Source of the DNA: a virus
Reading direction: 5' to 3' (one strand)
IMG/VR virus record: IMGVR_UViG_3300032401_000002
Location: 86,168 to 150,167 of that record
DNA: 64,000 nucleotides
The notes under the pieces are model-generated. The model worked only from the letters and a program-made list of their open reading frames with translations, had not been told where the DNA came from and did not search any database. The translations under genes and the position numbers were made by a program. The first letter of the stretch is position 1. Each line of letters opens with the position of its first letter. Below are positions 27,650 through 37,084 of the stretch, in pieces.

Positions 27650-30225
27650 TAGGCAGCCGGGATGATGTAGGGGTTCTGTTCATGCGGATGATGTCCGGGC
27701 ACCTGAGCCAGTGGCACGAGGTTCTGTGGCTGTCCCTGGAACTCCTGGTCGAAGTCGTTAGCTGCGCGTTCGATGTGGCCGCGCCCTGCCTCGAAGGCTT
27801 CGGGGCCAACCCATGCTCCAGCCTTCGCGTTGGTCGCTGCGTCCCACTTAGCATCCGGGCCGTTCCACGGGAGTGGGTCGAGGATGCGGAGGGGAGAGTG
27901 GTCGGAGTGCTCGCCGGGATTACGAATGGCATCCCACAGTCCCCAGTGGTACAAGCCCAGAGGCATGTGACTGTAGCCTGTCGCGTCCTTGCCTGCGCGC
28001 TGCATGCGCTCCATCTTGTAGTAGTCTCGGGGTGTCATATCCTTCTCTGATCGACGCAGACCGCGAATGACGTGAGTGTCGATGATGCCAAGCTCCGAAC
28101 CCATGGGGTGCAGAAGCAGCCATGCGAACGATGCCACTTTGGGGTTGACACCCGGCAGGTTCATGTTCATCACGGTGTTGCGGAAGTGGAATCCTTTGCC
28201 GCCAGTCTTCAGATCTTCAAGGGCTGCATCTCGAATCTCGCCGATGCGCTTGCCAACAGTCTCGATGGCGTCGAGATGGCCACCCATGAAGGCACCATAC
28301 TTGGCGTCCTGGCTGGAGAACCCACTGGCGTCCTGATTACCCTGCTGCCATGCATCGTCGTGCATGAATAGCTGATCCTCAGCGGCTCGCTTGGTTCCCC
28401 ACTCTTCCGGGAAGGTTGTGTCTCCGGGTCGCTGATCATGGATGGGGCTGACGTAGCCTTCTTCCCAGTGCTGCTTGGGCTTGGTGCCCATCTGCTGGTG
28501 CATCTGATTGCGCACCCAGTCAGGCCACTCCTCGGGCGGGAGAGTAGCCGCAACGTCACGCGCCATCGCGGCAGCGTTCTGGATCTCTTCAGCAGCGTCC
28601 TCGTAGAACTGCTCACTGGCAAGAGCCATCTGTCCCGGCGTCCATCCTCGTGCGGGGTTGTAGTTCTCCTTGAGCCAGGTGTCTACCATTCGACGTGCCA
28701 TGTTGTAGCGACGTAGCTCGGACTTCTCTCCAGTGTCGTGCTCGGTCGCAAGCTGGGCCTCGAACTCCTTGATCTTATTGAAGATGACTTCCTTGGCTTC
28801 CTTCATTGCCTTGGCGGGATCAAGAGTCGGATCGTCAGCGGTTAGTTCGTGAGCCAGATAGTCCAACTGCTTCTTGTAGCTCAGATGTGACCCCTCTGAG
28901 TACCCTAGAGACTGGTTGTGCTTCTCTCGCTCTTCTTCGAGCATGTGCCACAAGTCAACAGCCTTGGTCGAAGGATCAGCATGCATAAGTGCCTGGTAGT
29001 GAGCGGCGTTCCAGCGAAGGTGCTTGCGGGGAGACAAGAGCGCCACACGGAAGGCGTTCATGATCGCACGCTCCTGAGTAGCCTTGTCCTCGCTCGGCCA
29101 ATCGGTATCGATCTTGGCTGCGTTCTGCGTTGTGGCCGCTGCGTCGATGTAGTCGTCCTCGGGCATCTCGGCGAAGTTCTTGGGCGGCACAGAGTGAGGG
29201 GGCTGCCAGAAGGCATTTGGATCGTGCGGGCGGTCGGGTGATACCATCTTCGCTCCTTCGACCTGATGCGTCTTCACGTCGAAACCCTGCATGACAGGAT
29301 TGCCCAGTCCGAAGGTTGGGGATGGTACGTAGTTCTGAGGCATGACCCAGGAGCCAGGCCCCTGCGTGTTAGCATCGGGGGACGCCTGGTCGAGCGCATC
29401 CTTCCCCTGGTTCATGTTGTCCGGCTGGTTGAACTGAGGTAGCCCGCCATGAGGCACGAACACATGCTCACCATGCTTCTCCTGCACGGGGTGAAGGAAC
29501 TTGCTCATGAAGCCAACCTTCTGCGGGCCGAAGCCCTTGGTTGACGAGCGATACGCTACCTGCCCAATGCACTCGGTGAAGAGCGCCTCACGGGCCAGAG
29601 GAGACACGAGGGGGAAGTGGACGCCACAAGCTAGGTTCTCGCCTCGCCACGAGAAGTCCCCGCCCGACTGAGCGTGCCCCAGAACGTCATGGACGATGCG
29701 GAAGTTCACGTTGTCTTCGACGCTCCAGATTGGGTGCTCGGAGTTAGCTCGGGAGACGATGAAATGCTTGTTCTTGTGGATGTCTTCAGCCATCTCTGCC
29801 GCGTCAGCGTATGGCTCAGGATCATCTGACACCTGAACGGTGATCTGCTGACGAATAGCATCGGCCTGGATCTTGGACTCAGCAGCCAAAGCCTTCCACG
29901 CGGGCACGGCGGCATCGTCAAACGGCGGCAGGGCTGCGTACGCCTTGGCAATCTCATCCTTCTCTGACAGCCAGTCGCTCGCCCAGGCAGCGATCTTGAG
30001 TGAAGCCATACGCCGCACCTTCGTGGCTTGCACCGCATATCGGTACACGGCGGCAAGCGCGATGGCAGGCGTCTTGCCTGAGCGCTCGATGTCTTGGCCG
30101 GTCTCCTCATTGCTCGCCTTGGCGACGTACACGTCACCCTTGCGGTCAATCTTGCCGAGACTCCAGCCCAGGCTCGTCAGCTTCTCGTAGATTTCTGACT
30201 GTGGCGTGGCTACTTGCATGGTCAC
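27649..30225 (-). CDS. Multidomain protein: FRIVHDVLGH domain + C-terminal HhH DNA glycosylase-like domain
   Basis: NVNFRIVHDVLGH...F...GE..A...H; LPGVNPKVASFA...IIDTHV...Y..ME...HWGLW. Confidence 0.7.
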   Translation of the reverse strand: MTMQVATPQSEIYEKLTSLGWSLGKIDRKGDVYVAKASNEETGQDIERSGKTPAIALAAVYRYAVQATKVRRMASLKIAAWASDWLSEKDEIAKAYAALPPFDDAAVPAWKALAAESKIQADAIRQQITVQVSDDPEPYADAAEMAEDIHKNKHFIVSRANSEHPIWSVEDNVNFRIVHDVLGHAQSGGDFSWRGENLACGVHFPLVSPLAREALFTECIGQVAYRSSTKGFGPQKVGFMSKFLHPVQEKHGEHVFVPHGGLPQFNQPDNMNQGKDALDQASPDANTQGPGSWVMPQNYVPSPTFGLGNPVMQGFDVKTHQVEGAKMVSPDRPHDPNAFWQPPHSVPPKNFAEMPEDDYIDAAATTQNAAKIDTDWPSEDKATQERAIMNAFRVALLSPRKHLRWNAAHYQALMHADPSTKAVDLWHMLEEEREKHNQSLGYSEGSHLSYKKQLDYLAHELTADDPTLDPAKAMKEAKEVIFNKIKEFEAQLATEHDTGEKSELRRYNMARRMVDTWLKENYNPARGWTPGQMALASEQFYEDAAEEIQNAAAMARDVAATLPPEEWPDWVRNQMHQQMGTKPKQHWEEGYVSPIHDQRPGDTTFPEEWGTKRAAEDQLFMHDDAWQQGNQDASGFSSQDAKYGAFMGGHLDAIETVGKRIGEIRDAALEDLKTGGKGFHFRNTVMNMNLPGVNPKVASFAWLLLHPMGSELGIIDTHVIRGLRRSEKDMTPRDYYKMERMQRAGKDATGYSHMPLGLYHWGLWDAIRNPGEHSDHSPLRILDPLPWNGPDAKWDAATNAKAGAWVGPEAFEAGRGHIERAANDFDQEFQGQPQNLVPLAQVPGHHPHEQNPYIIPAA

Positions 30226-30257
30226 CCCTTAGGTGTCCGATGCAGACAAGAGCTAAG

Positions 30258-30560
30258 CTACCAGGAGTAACGCCCCCAGTAACTGCCGCGCTTGTTGCCG
30301 CACCCGGTGCAGACGTACTGAGTCTTGTCCACGGTGTACTCGCTGCTCAGCCACTTGTCGCCCGCCAGGTTCTTGAAGCGACGGACGTGGGTCTCCGTGC
30401 CGATGATGCGCTTCTCGTAGGTGTGGACGTGCTTCTTGTTCTTGCCCTTGGCGTGGCGCTTGCGCGGAACCTCGTCCTCAGGCATGCCCGCGCTCTGACG
30501 GAACTCCTTACGGCGTCCACGGCTTGTCTGACAATCATCGCATCCGCAATGACGGCCCAT
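30258..30560 (-). CDS. Basic Zn-finger-like hypothetical protein
   Basis: CxCxxC, HVHTY, CTGCG; SD GGAGG. Confidence 0.55.
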   Translation of the reverse strand: MGRHCGCDDCQTSRGRRKEFRQSAGMPEDEVPRKRHAKGKNKKHVHTYEKRIIGTETHVRRFKNLAGDKWLSSEYTVDKTQYVCTGCGNKRGSYWGRYSW

Positions 30561-30591
30561 GATGTACCTCCTGTGTTGGGTAGTTATCTAC

Positions 30592-30741
30592 CTAAACACA
30601 TGGATCATCCTTGTCTGTGTGACGCAGCATCTGCCGCTTCTCTGCAATGCCCTTCTGCTCCTTGTGGTTGCCAAGGCGATGAGGCGTGCAGATGCAGCAC
30701 TTGACGTGACGACGGCTGCGCTTTCGCTGGAAGTGTGCCAT
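30592..30741 (-). CDS. Small basic protein MAHFQRKRSRRHVKCCICTPHRLGNH... (49 aa; absent from the ORF track)
   Basis: Leaderless start 6 nt after a TTGCAA-17-CATAAT promoter. Confidence 0.6.
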   Translation of the reverse strand: MAHFQRKRSRRHVKCCICTPHRLGNHKEQKGIAEKRQMLRHTDKDDPCV

Positions 30742-30747
30742 TCACAG

Positions 30748-30808
30748 ATTATGACACAGATCCCTCCAGGTTGCAAGTGCTTGTGCCTTACAGCGGGTGT
30801 GTTACACT
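30748..30808. promoter_or_regulatory. Divergent sigmaA-type promoter pair
   Basis: Minus strand TTGCAA-17-(TG)tCATAAT; plus strand TTGTGC-16-(TG)tTACACT; each 6-7 nt from a start codon. Confidence 0.6.
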
Positions 30809-30815
30809 ATGAGTA

Positions 30816-30980
30816 GTGATTCCGCTAGATGCATACGCGCTCCTCCATGTTCACATTCCGCTCCTCATGGAGGTCAACAGCCTTGAGCTTGACGAACAAG
30901 GAGAACCCGAAGTCGTGGTAGTTCAGATGATTGAGATGCCGGGGTACTACTGCTTCCACCAGGTGGTGTGCTACAACTGA
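30816..30980 (+). CDS. Small hypothetical protein (54 aa; absent from the ORF track)
   Basis: GTG 7 nt after the -10; TGATG coupling to the kinase gene. Confidence 0.5.
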   Translation: MIPLDAYALLHVHIPLLMEVNSLELDEQGEPEVVVVQMIEMPGYYCFHQVVCYN

Positions 30981-31453
30981 TGCTGATGATCATTCCTCCC
31001 AAGAGACTCGTCCTGATGCAGGGCATCCCCGGCTCGGGCAAGACCACTGTGGCGCGGAAGCTCATCGACTCCTTCCTGGCTGAGTCAATGAGCATCTCCT
31101 ACAATTGGACGGCTAAGAAGCTCTCGACCGACGACTACCGAGAGCAGCCGTGTGGGCATTACGTCCACGACATCTCTCAGAACGCTGCCCATCATGCCAA
31201 GACTCAGAGGGCCTGCGTGAATGAGATGATCGACTTCACCAACCTGATCGTCATCGACAACACCAACATCGAGAAGTGGCAAGCTGCGCCCTACCTGGCG
31301 CTGGCGTCCATGTACGACTACGAGGTACAGGTCATCAGCGTGCAGTGCTCGGTGGCTGACGCGAAGGCTCGCAACGCTTCTCGCGATCCTGGTCGGCGTG
31401 TGCCCGATGGGGTCATCGAGGCCATGCACGAGAAACTGGAGGTACTACTGTGA
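30980..31453 (+). CDS. P-loop kinase (AAA_33 / polynucleotide-kinase-like)
   Basis: GIPGSGKT, LSTDD, VIDNTN, RNASR...RVP..VIE.M. Confidence 0.85.
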   Translation: MLMIIPPKRLVLMQGIPGSGKTTVARKLIDSFLAESMSISYNWTAKKLSTDDYREQPCGHYVHDISQNAAHHAKTQRACVNEMIDFTNLIVIDNTNIEKWQAAPYLALASMYDYEVQVISVQCSVADAKARNASRDPGRRVPDGVIEAMHEKLEVLL

Positions 31454-31659
31454 GACTGAAGATCATTGCCGAAGCTGGAGACCACTTCGTTGGCGAAGGC
31501 CCGGACGGAACACTCTACGGAAGATTCGAGAACGTAGACACGAAGAAGACCACCTGGGTTCCGATCCAGGGTTGGTCAATCACGCACGTACCAGGAGAGC
31601 TAGACAAGCTGACGTACGGAGAGACTCAGGCTGCTGCCCACTTGGTCTCAAACGTCTGA
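31450..31659 (+). CDS. Hypothetical protein
   Basis: GTGA-coupled ORF. Confidence 0.55.
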   Translation: MRLKIIAEAGDHFVGEGPDGTLYGRFENVDTKKTTWVPIQGWSITHVPGELDKLTYGETQAAAHLVSNV

Positions 31660-32291
31660 CCTGTATTTGGCTCGATGTAGCCAACGATGCCAGTCAGGTT
31701 TCCATCGGCGTCATGCATGACGTGATTGGTTGCTGAGACAGGGATTGTTCCATTGTCTGGAACCTGCATGTCGAAGTCCAACTCGTTCGTGAAGATGCCA
31801 CGAAGCTCGAAGTCTTCGACAATCTTAGCTACGCGCTCAAGGTCGTGCTTGGCAATGGTGCTTAGATACCCCATTCCGTATAGCTCTTCCTTGGGCCGAC
31901 CAGTCAAGTTCACGTAGGCCCTGTTGCACCACGTCATCAAGCTCTTCTCGTCGGTCATGTACATAGCTCGCTCGTCCAGATTCAACCATGCTTCGGCCGT
32001 GCGGTCACTCTTGATGGCTAACGCTTCGATGCGATTGATAGCATCTCGTAAGCTGGTGCCATGGTTGGGGACAAGCTCTTGGTGTACGCGGTCGAGGTCA
32101 GCCCTCATGCGCTCGACGGAAGTAACTAGCGACGGGATGTCCAAGTCCAACATCCTGCGATCCTTCCTCTTGCTTCTCAGCCAAAGCTGCCACCGAGCGT
32201 ACGGTATCTTGGTGATACCCCAGATGACGCCTGCTGCGGCGGCTAGCTGGACAATCAGTTCGGCGAAGTGCTGATAATCTAGATTATGCAC
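31626..32291 (-). CDS. Membrane-anchored coiled-coil + PAS domain protein
   Basis: N-terminal TM helix; ELVPNHGTSLRDAINRIE; PAS signature MYMTD....TWCNRAY..LTGRPKEELYG.....I...D, DADGNLTGIVG. Confidence 0.8.
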   Translation of the reverse strand: MHNLDYQHFAELIVQLAAAAGVIWGITKIPYARWQLWLRSKRKDRRMLDLDIPSLVTSVERMRADLDRVHQELVPNHGTSLRDAINRIEALAIKSDRTAEAWLNLDERAMYMTDEKSLMTWCNRAYVNLTGRPKEELYGMGYLSTIAKHDLERVAKIVEDFELRGIFTNELDFDMQVPDNGTIPVSATNHVMHDADGNLTGIVGYIEPNTGQTFETKWAAA

Positions 32292-32382
32292 GGGGCGCTC
32301 CGATACGAGGCGCAGCCACTCGTGAACTTCTCATCTCAGTCATGTCACAAGTTAGGTTGTTGCCCAGGAAGGGAACTAAGCA

Positions 32383-34380
32383 TCAACGACCTGTTAAGCC
32401 CGTATAATGGCCACCTTGCGGATACGATTGATACAATCCGGGGGTGCGAAGCTCTTGCATTCCAGTCAGATGAACTGGCTTGCCTAGGTGTTCTTGTGCC
32501 GCATGAATGACATCATGGACGCCAACCTGATTGCCCCACTGGTTGCCGTACAAGCCATAGCCACCACCGTCGATAGTAGGGACTGCCCACCCTGACATAG
32601 TGTGTAGCTCCTCATCTCCTTGCTGGTGACGCTTCTTGAACTCTTCCTCCAAGTGGGGGTGGCCCAGTCCGTGCCACCCCTTGCCCCGCCATCTCAGGTT
32701 CTCCTCGGGTTCGGACATGAACTCCTTGCCATCCGACACGAATCGGTGCGCCCCCTTCCAGCCACTCCAGGTCTGAGGGCCATAAGGCATAGGAGCACCG
32801 TCCTTCCAGATAGCACTCCAGTCACCCTTGTTCTCGAAGTCAGCCGATCCCCAGTCGTCTCTGTTCTCAAGGGTGCCACTCCAGTCATGGAAGTCGCGCT
32901 GGTCTGAAGTCTTACTGAGTGTTCCAGTGAAGCGGTGATCTGTGCCCTCGTTCCCGCGAGCAAAGCGAAGGTACTTGAACTCTACGGGGATCTTCGAGTC
33001 CAGCTTCGGAAGTTCGTCATCCCAGTCGTAGGCCAGTGTGATGTGAGGCGTCCAGCCATACTCGTCCGACACGTTGAAGCCAGCCTCGTTGCAGGCAGTC
33101 GTTAACTCGTGACGTAGCTCAGCCAACTGCGGGATCGCAGGAGCAGCCCATAGCACTGGCTCTTCGTTGCTGAAGACGCCATAGCCGCCGATCTCGCCGC
33201 TCAGGGCAGGGAACTTCTTGGCGAACTGGGCTACGATCTCCTCGACCTCGTCCCAGTCATCACGGTCGGCAGCCTTGTCCGTGAAGTAGCACAGCGTGAT
33301 GTGCATCATGTCTACCGGCTCGCCACCCTCGATCTTGATCTTCTCCCCGACCTTCTTGGGTAGGAAGACCGCGATCATGGCCCCTGACATATCAGCATCG
33401 GCCTTCTTGCGCAAAGGACGTAGGAGCCGCTTTAAGGCTCTGAACTTACTATCCGGGGTGTCTATGCCAACAAGCCCTACGTGCTCCTTAGGAGCCGCTA
33501 CAGAGGCGTACAGACCCCCTCTAGCAGTGTTTCCCAGGTGATCTTGCGCCCATGCGGCGCTGGCGGCATGATCTACAAGCGTTGAGGGGTCTGTGCTGAA
33601 CTCGACTCCGAGATTCTCGTGGTCTTCCTGAACGGTCGGAAGGTAGATCTGAGAGTCAGGATAGAGCTTGGCAACTTCGGCCTTGACCTCCTGGATGACC
33701 TTGATCGGTGTATCGATACGTGATACTTCGATCTCGACGGCATCGCCCTCGGGGATCGCGTACCCAAGGTAGTCCTTGCCTCTTACGGTCACGCGGCCCC
33801 AGGTGTCCGAGGCTGCTTCGTCATGAGTCGGACGCTGATCTTCGCCAGTCTGCCACAAGAGCAACCCCTCGGGATCGCCATAAATCCACTTTACGATCTT
33901 GCCCTCCCCTGCGTGTGGGTCGGGCGCGAAGGCGTCATCCCATTCGAACGCCAGCTTGGGCTGCTTGAAGGAAGCGATCTTAGCCTTCCGCGCCACGCTT
34001 CCGGGGAAGTTGTCTTCGAACCAGTCGAACACACCTTGGGGGATCTCGGCCTTGTAGTACGCCTGGATGAGTACCACGGGAGGAGCTACCATCGTACCGT
34101 CGAGCTTCTTCTCGGCGGGGATGAACTGAGCCAGCCCTAGAATGTCTCCCGATTGCGCGGAAGGTTCTCGACCCATCTGGATCTCTAGCTGTCCACGATG
34201 GCTGCCAGGCTGATCTTCCATCGTCAGCCTACCATCTACGCCGCCCTTGACCCTCCAGACGTGAGTCTGGTTGGTCTGAGCATCAAACCCCCACTTGAAG
34301 TTGTACGGCCAAGCAGGGTCGAACTCCTCGGGTGATCCGATGGTGTTGTCTACTTGGGGTATGGGCTTCCAGTCATCCAT
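32383..34380 (-). CDS. Multidomain protein containing an Acb1/T4-57B-like 2H phosphoesterase
   Basis: GAMIAV, HITLCY and PHITLAY (two HxT motifs) bounded by KKA and KTS. Confidence 0.8.
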   Translation of the reverse strand: MDDWKPIPQVDNTIGSPEEFDPAWPYNFKWGFDAQTNQTHVWRVKGGVDGRLTMEDQPGSHRGQLEIQMGREPSAQSGDILGLAQFIPAEKKLDGTMVAPPVVLIQAYYKAEIPQGVFDWFEDNFPGSVARKAKIASFKQPKLAFEWDDAFAPDPHAGEGKIVKWIYGDPEGLLLWQTGEDQRPTHDEAASDTWGRVTVRGKDYLGYAIPEGDAVEIEVSRIDTPIKVIQEVKAEVAKLYPDSQIYLPTVQEDHENLGVEFSTDPSTLVDHAASAAWAQDHLGNTARGGLYASVAAPKEHVGLVGIDTPDSKFRALKRLLRPLRKKADADMSGAMIAVFLPKKVGEKIKIEGGEPVDMMHITLCYFTDKAADRDDWDEVEEIVAQFAKKFPALSGEIGGYGVFSNEEPVLWAAPAIPQLAELRHELTTACNEAGFNVSDEYGWTPHITLAYDWDDELPKLDSKIPVEFKYLRFARGNEGTDHRFTGTLSKTSDQRDFHDWSGTLENRDDWGSADFENKGDWSAIWKDGAPMPYGPQTWSGWKGAHRFVSDGKEFMSEPEENLRWRGKGWHGLGHPHLEEEFKKRHQQGDEELHTMSGWAVPTIDGGGYGLYGNQWGNQVGVHDVIHAAQEHLGKPVHLTGMQELRTPGLYQSYPQGGHYTGLTGR

Positions 34381-34389
34381 GTCTACTCC

Positions 34390-35226
34390 TTATCGGACAG
34401 ATACCGACCCGCCATAAGCTGGCTCGACCGAATCTCTGAAAGCTCCATTGACGCCAGCGCGTTGAAGATTGACACCTTCAGCTTGCAAGGACGCCGGAAT
34501 AGCTGAGTATCCAGACCGAAGAACCTTCGACCCGCCCTGAGAGTTCTTGGCTGCCGCAAACGCATAGTCGGCATCGGACACAACGATAGTCGCGGACGCG
34601 ATACCAACGTTGTTGTTGTTAGACCAAGTCTGAGCCGGAATCTGCAAAGTGTTGCCAGGCCCTACAGTCTTGCGGAGGTTTGGCCAAACCAGCGGCCTGA
34701 ATAACAAAGATGAACCGCTGGGGAGTGGATCATTCACGTCGTAAGCGTAGGGATTGGTAGCTGGGCTGGTGGTAATCTGCAAGGCCCCACTGCTATACAT
34801 GAAGTAGCTCAGCACCATGTCTGTGTCGTAGACACCAACAGGAGATGCGGCCAACGTGGGGGTTGTAGTGACACTGCCAGCCACCGTGGTGGGTGAGCTT
34901 ACCGTCCAGGATTGCGACCCCAACATTCTGATCGTGTGGTCGGATACCCACCATGTGACTGTCGCTCCACCGCAAGTGAATGTGTAGCTTGTGTCCGAAA
35001 CTCCTCTGATTCCCCAATACAGTGCCACCCTACCGCCACCCCCGTCGTAGGTGTGGATGTGCGTCCATGAACCTGTGCCGGGAGGGGTAATAGTGTTGAA
35101 TCCGCTGAGTAGGTGACAAACCACCATCAAGTCACCTGTCTGGCACAAAGCCGAGGGCGAGTACGTACGTGATGTAACACCACTGGCCTGACCGCCGCCT
35201 TGCTGGAACTCTACCCTGGCGTACAT
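34390..35226 (-). CDS. Fibre-associated beta-rich protein
   Basis: GDLMVV..., W.....Y...G..SDTSYTF; sits in the fibre operon. Confidence 0.55.
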   Translation of the reverse strand: MYARVEFQQGGGQASGVTSRTYSPSALCQTGDLMVVCHLLSGFNTITPPGTGSWTHIHTYDGGGGRVALYWGIRGVSDTSYTFTCGGATVTWWVSDHTIRMLGSQSWTVSSPTTVAGSVTTTPTLAASPVGVYDTDMVLSYFMYSSGALQITTSPATNPYAYDVNDPLPSGSSLLFRPLVWPNLRKTVGPGNTLQIPAQTWSNNNNVGIASATIVVSDADYAFAAAKNSQGGSKVLRSGYSAIPASLQAEGVNLQRAGVNGAFRDSVEPAYGGSVSVR

Positions 35227-36164
35227 TAGCTAGACGTGTCCCACGTCGTTGTCTCGATGACATAGACGCCTGAGTTGCCCGATGTCTTTACGACCATGAA
35301 GGAGCGGCCAGCATAGTCACCCGACCCGTTAAACGTGTCTCCGTCGTTGAGATTCGCGATGACGTGCAGGAAGTGGTAGAACCCCCGCATGTAGCCTCGG
35401 ATGTACCCAGCGACCTCTGTGATGTACACTTTGGACAAGTACAGACCACCATCAGGAGCGTTCGGGAAGAGTTGTGTCCCGGCCAGAATCGTTGTGCTAC
35501 CGCGACCCGGATCTCCGACCTTGCCAACATTGATCGATCCTCCTATTCCTGTGTACGATGCCGCCATGTAGTTACCCGCGACGACGCTGAAGCCGGATGC
35601 AGTCACGTCTAGTTTGTCCACTGTGGTTGTCGCCGAGTTCTCCGCGTTGCGGCCCCAGATTCCAGCCTTGAGTGCATCTCCCGACTGGTAGGAGTAGATG
35701 TCTCCGAATCCAAATGCCAAAGCAAAGCCCGCGTTGTCAGCGGTGAAGACGAACAAGTATACCGTTCGAGTGTCTGCCACGCAGATCCATGTTCGGGCAG
35801 TCGCGCCGCCGTCAGCTTCGGCAGACTTGCGGATTGTGATCCCGGTAGCTAGCTGACCCACCGTAGGGAACTGACCTGTTCCGGCCCCGATGCCGGACGA
35901 GGTCGCGAACCCAAACGCACGGGCCTCCTTACCCAACGACGTAACGTTCGGGCCAGCGTCATGAACAGACAAGATGAGCTTGTTGGACGTGCCTCCCTGC
36001 TGGTAGTCTCGCTTGTTGGTAGCCGTCTGGGCAATCGTCCACCCCGCTGCTGCCTTAATCCCATACCCGTTGACCAGAATGGCGTCGAGTGCTGTTGTGA
36101 GCGAACCCTGTGTCGAGTTGATCACGGGGGCGCTTGCGTCTGAGCTTCTGTATACGGTAGGCAT
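35226..36164 (-). CDS. Tail-fibre family protein, paralog 3
   Basis: YRSSD..AP.I....GSL...LDAILVNGYG....AGWT ... RGY.RG.Y.F.H. Confidence 0.7.
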   Translation of the reverse strand: MPTVYRSSDASAPVINSTQGSLTTALDAILVNGYGIKAAAGWTIAQTATNKRDYQQGGTSNKLILSVHDAGPNVTSLGKEARAFGFATSSGIGAGTGQFPTVGQLATGITIRKSAEADGGATARTWICVADTRTVYLFVFTADNAGFALAFGFGDIYSYQSGDALKAGIWGRNAENSATTTVDKLDVTASGFSVVAGNYMAASYTGIGGSINVGKVGDPGRGSTTILAGTQLFPNAPDGGLYLSKVYITEVAGYIRGYMRGFYHFLHVIANLNDGDTFNGSGDYAGRSFMVVKTSGNSGVYVIETTTWDTSS

Positions 36165-37084
36165 TACTGTAGCTTCACTCCTCCTCCGAACTTGTCCTTA
36201 AGTGTGGTCTTCCAGGATCTGGCTAATGTGCTGATTCCTGCTCCCACCCTCGACGGAATGCCAGGCTGTGGGCCACTAAGGATGACCCCTTTCTTGGCTC
36301 CAATGAAGTTCTTGGTGGGTGTGGCGTGTTGTGCCACATTGGCGAAGCTGCCAGCGGTATGGCACTTTCTTGACTGGATGTCTGGGTTGAGAACAGTAAG
36401 GCCCTGGCCCGTTGTGTAGTAGTTGGGGTCATCTACCTCTGTTATCGTGAAGTGCAAGAGCGTATGTTCTCCGACGTTGCCATGAGTGTGAGTGAAGCCC
36501 GCTGGAGACGTGCTAACTGCTTGCCTGTAGAGCATGTTGTAGATAGTGAATGATCCGCCAGTGCCTCCAATAGAGCCTACGTTCCAACCCGCCAAAGCGG
36601 GCCACGATGGTGATGCTCCTTGCGTACCTCGATAAGACCCCGTGGCTATCTCAAGGTCATCTAATGTTGTACCCGCGCAGGCTGCATATTCAGCATCCAA
36701 GTCTGCCCCTTCAGCAGACCCTGCCACCGTATTGAATGAAAGTTTCTTGCCCAAGGTGGGGGTGCGAATAGTGCTTACTTGCCATCCGATGTAAATGTTG
36801 CCCGTGGCTTGAGTCACTGTGATCGTTAGTCCATCCGACACAGCATACGTTTTAGCGTATATCATGACAGGGAAGTTGCCGCCCGCTGACTGGTCGTTCT
36901 GGCGCTTGATAAGCGTCCAGCCTGCTGGGAAGCTGATATCTGGTGCGTTGCTGGCACTGACCGGCGCGACGAAGATCATTACCAGTTCGCCGGGGATTGG
37001 AGCAACCCCAGTGATGTCAATGGCGACAGACGATACAGGGCCAACGTTGGCCTGTATCTGTTTCCGAATCTGGACGACACCCAT
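36164..37084 (-). CDS. Fibre-associated beta-rich protein
   Basis: GELVMIFV...PAGWTLI; C-terminus loosely like that of 34390..35226. Confidence 0.55.
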   Translation of the reverse strand: MGVVQIRKQIQANVGPVSSVAIDITGVAPIPGELVMIFVAPVSASNAPDISFPAGWTLIKRQNDQSAGGNFPVMIYAKTYAVSDGLTITVTQATGNIYIGWQVSTIRTPTLGKKLSFNTVAGSAEGADLDAEYAACAGTTLDDLEIATGSYRGTQGASPSWPALAGWNVGSIGGTGGSFTIYNMLYRQAVSTSPAGFTHTHGNVGEHTLLHFTITEVDDPNYYTTGQGLTVLNPDIQSRKCHTAGSFANVAQHATPTKNFIGAKKGVILSGPQPGIPSRVGAGISTLARSWKTTLKDKFGGGVKLQ

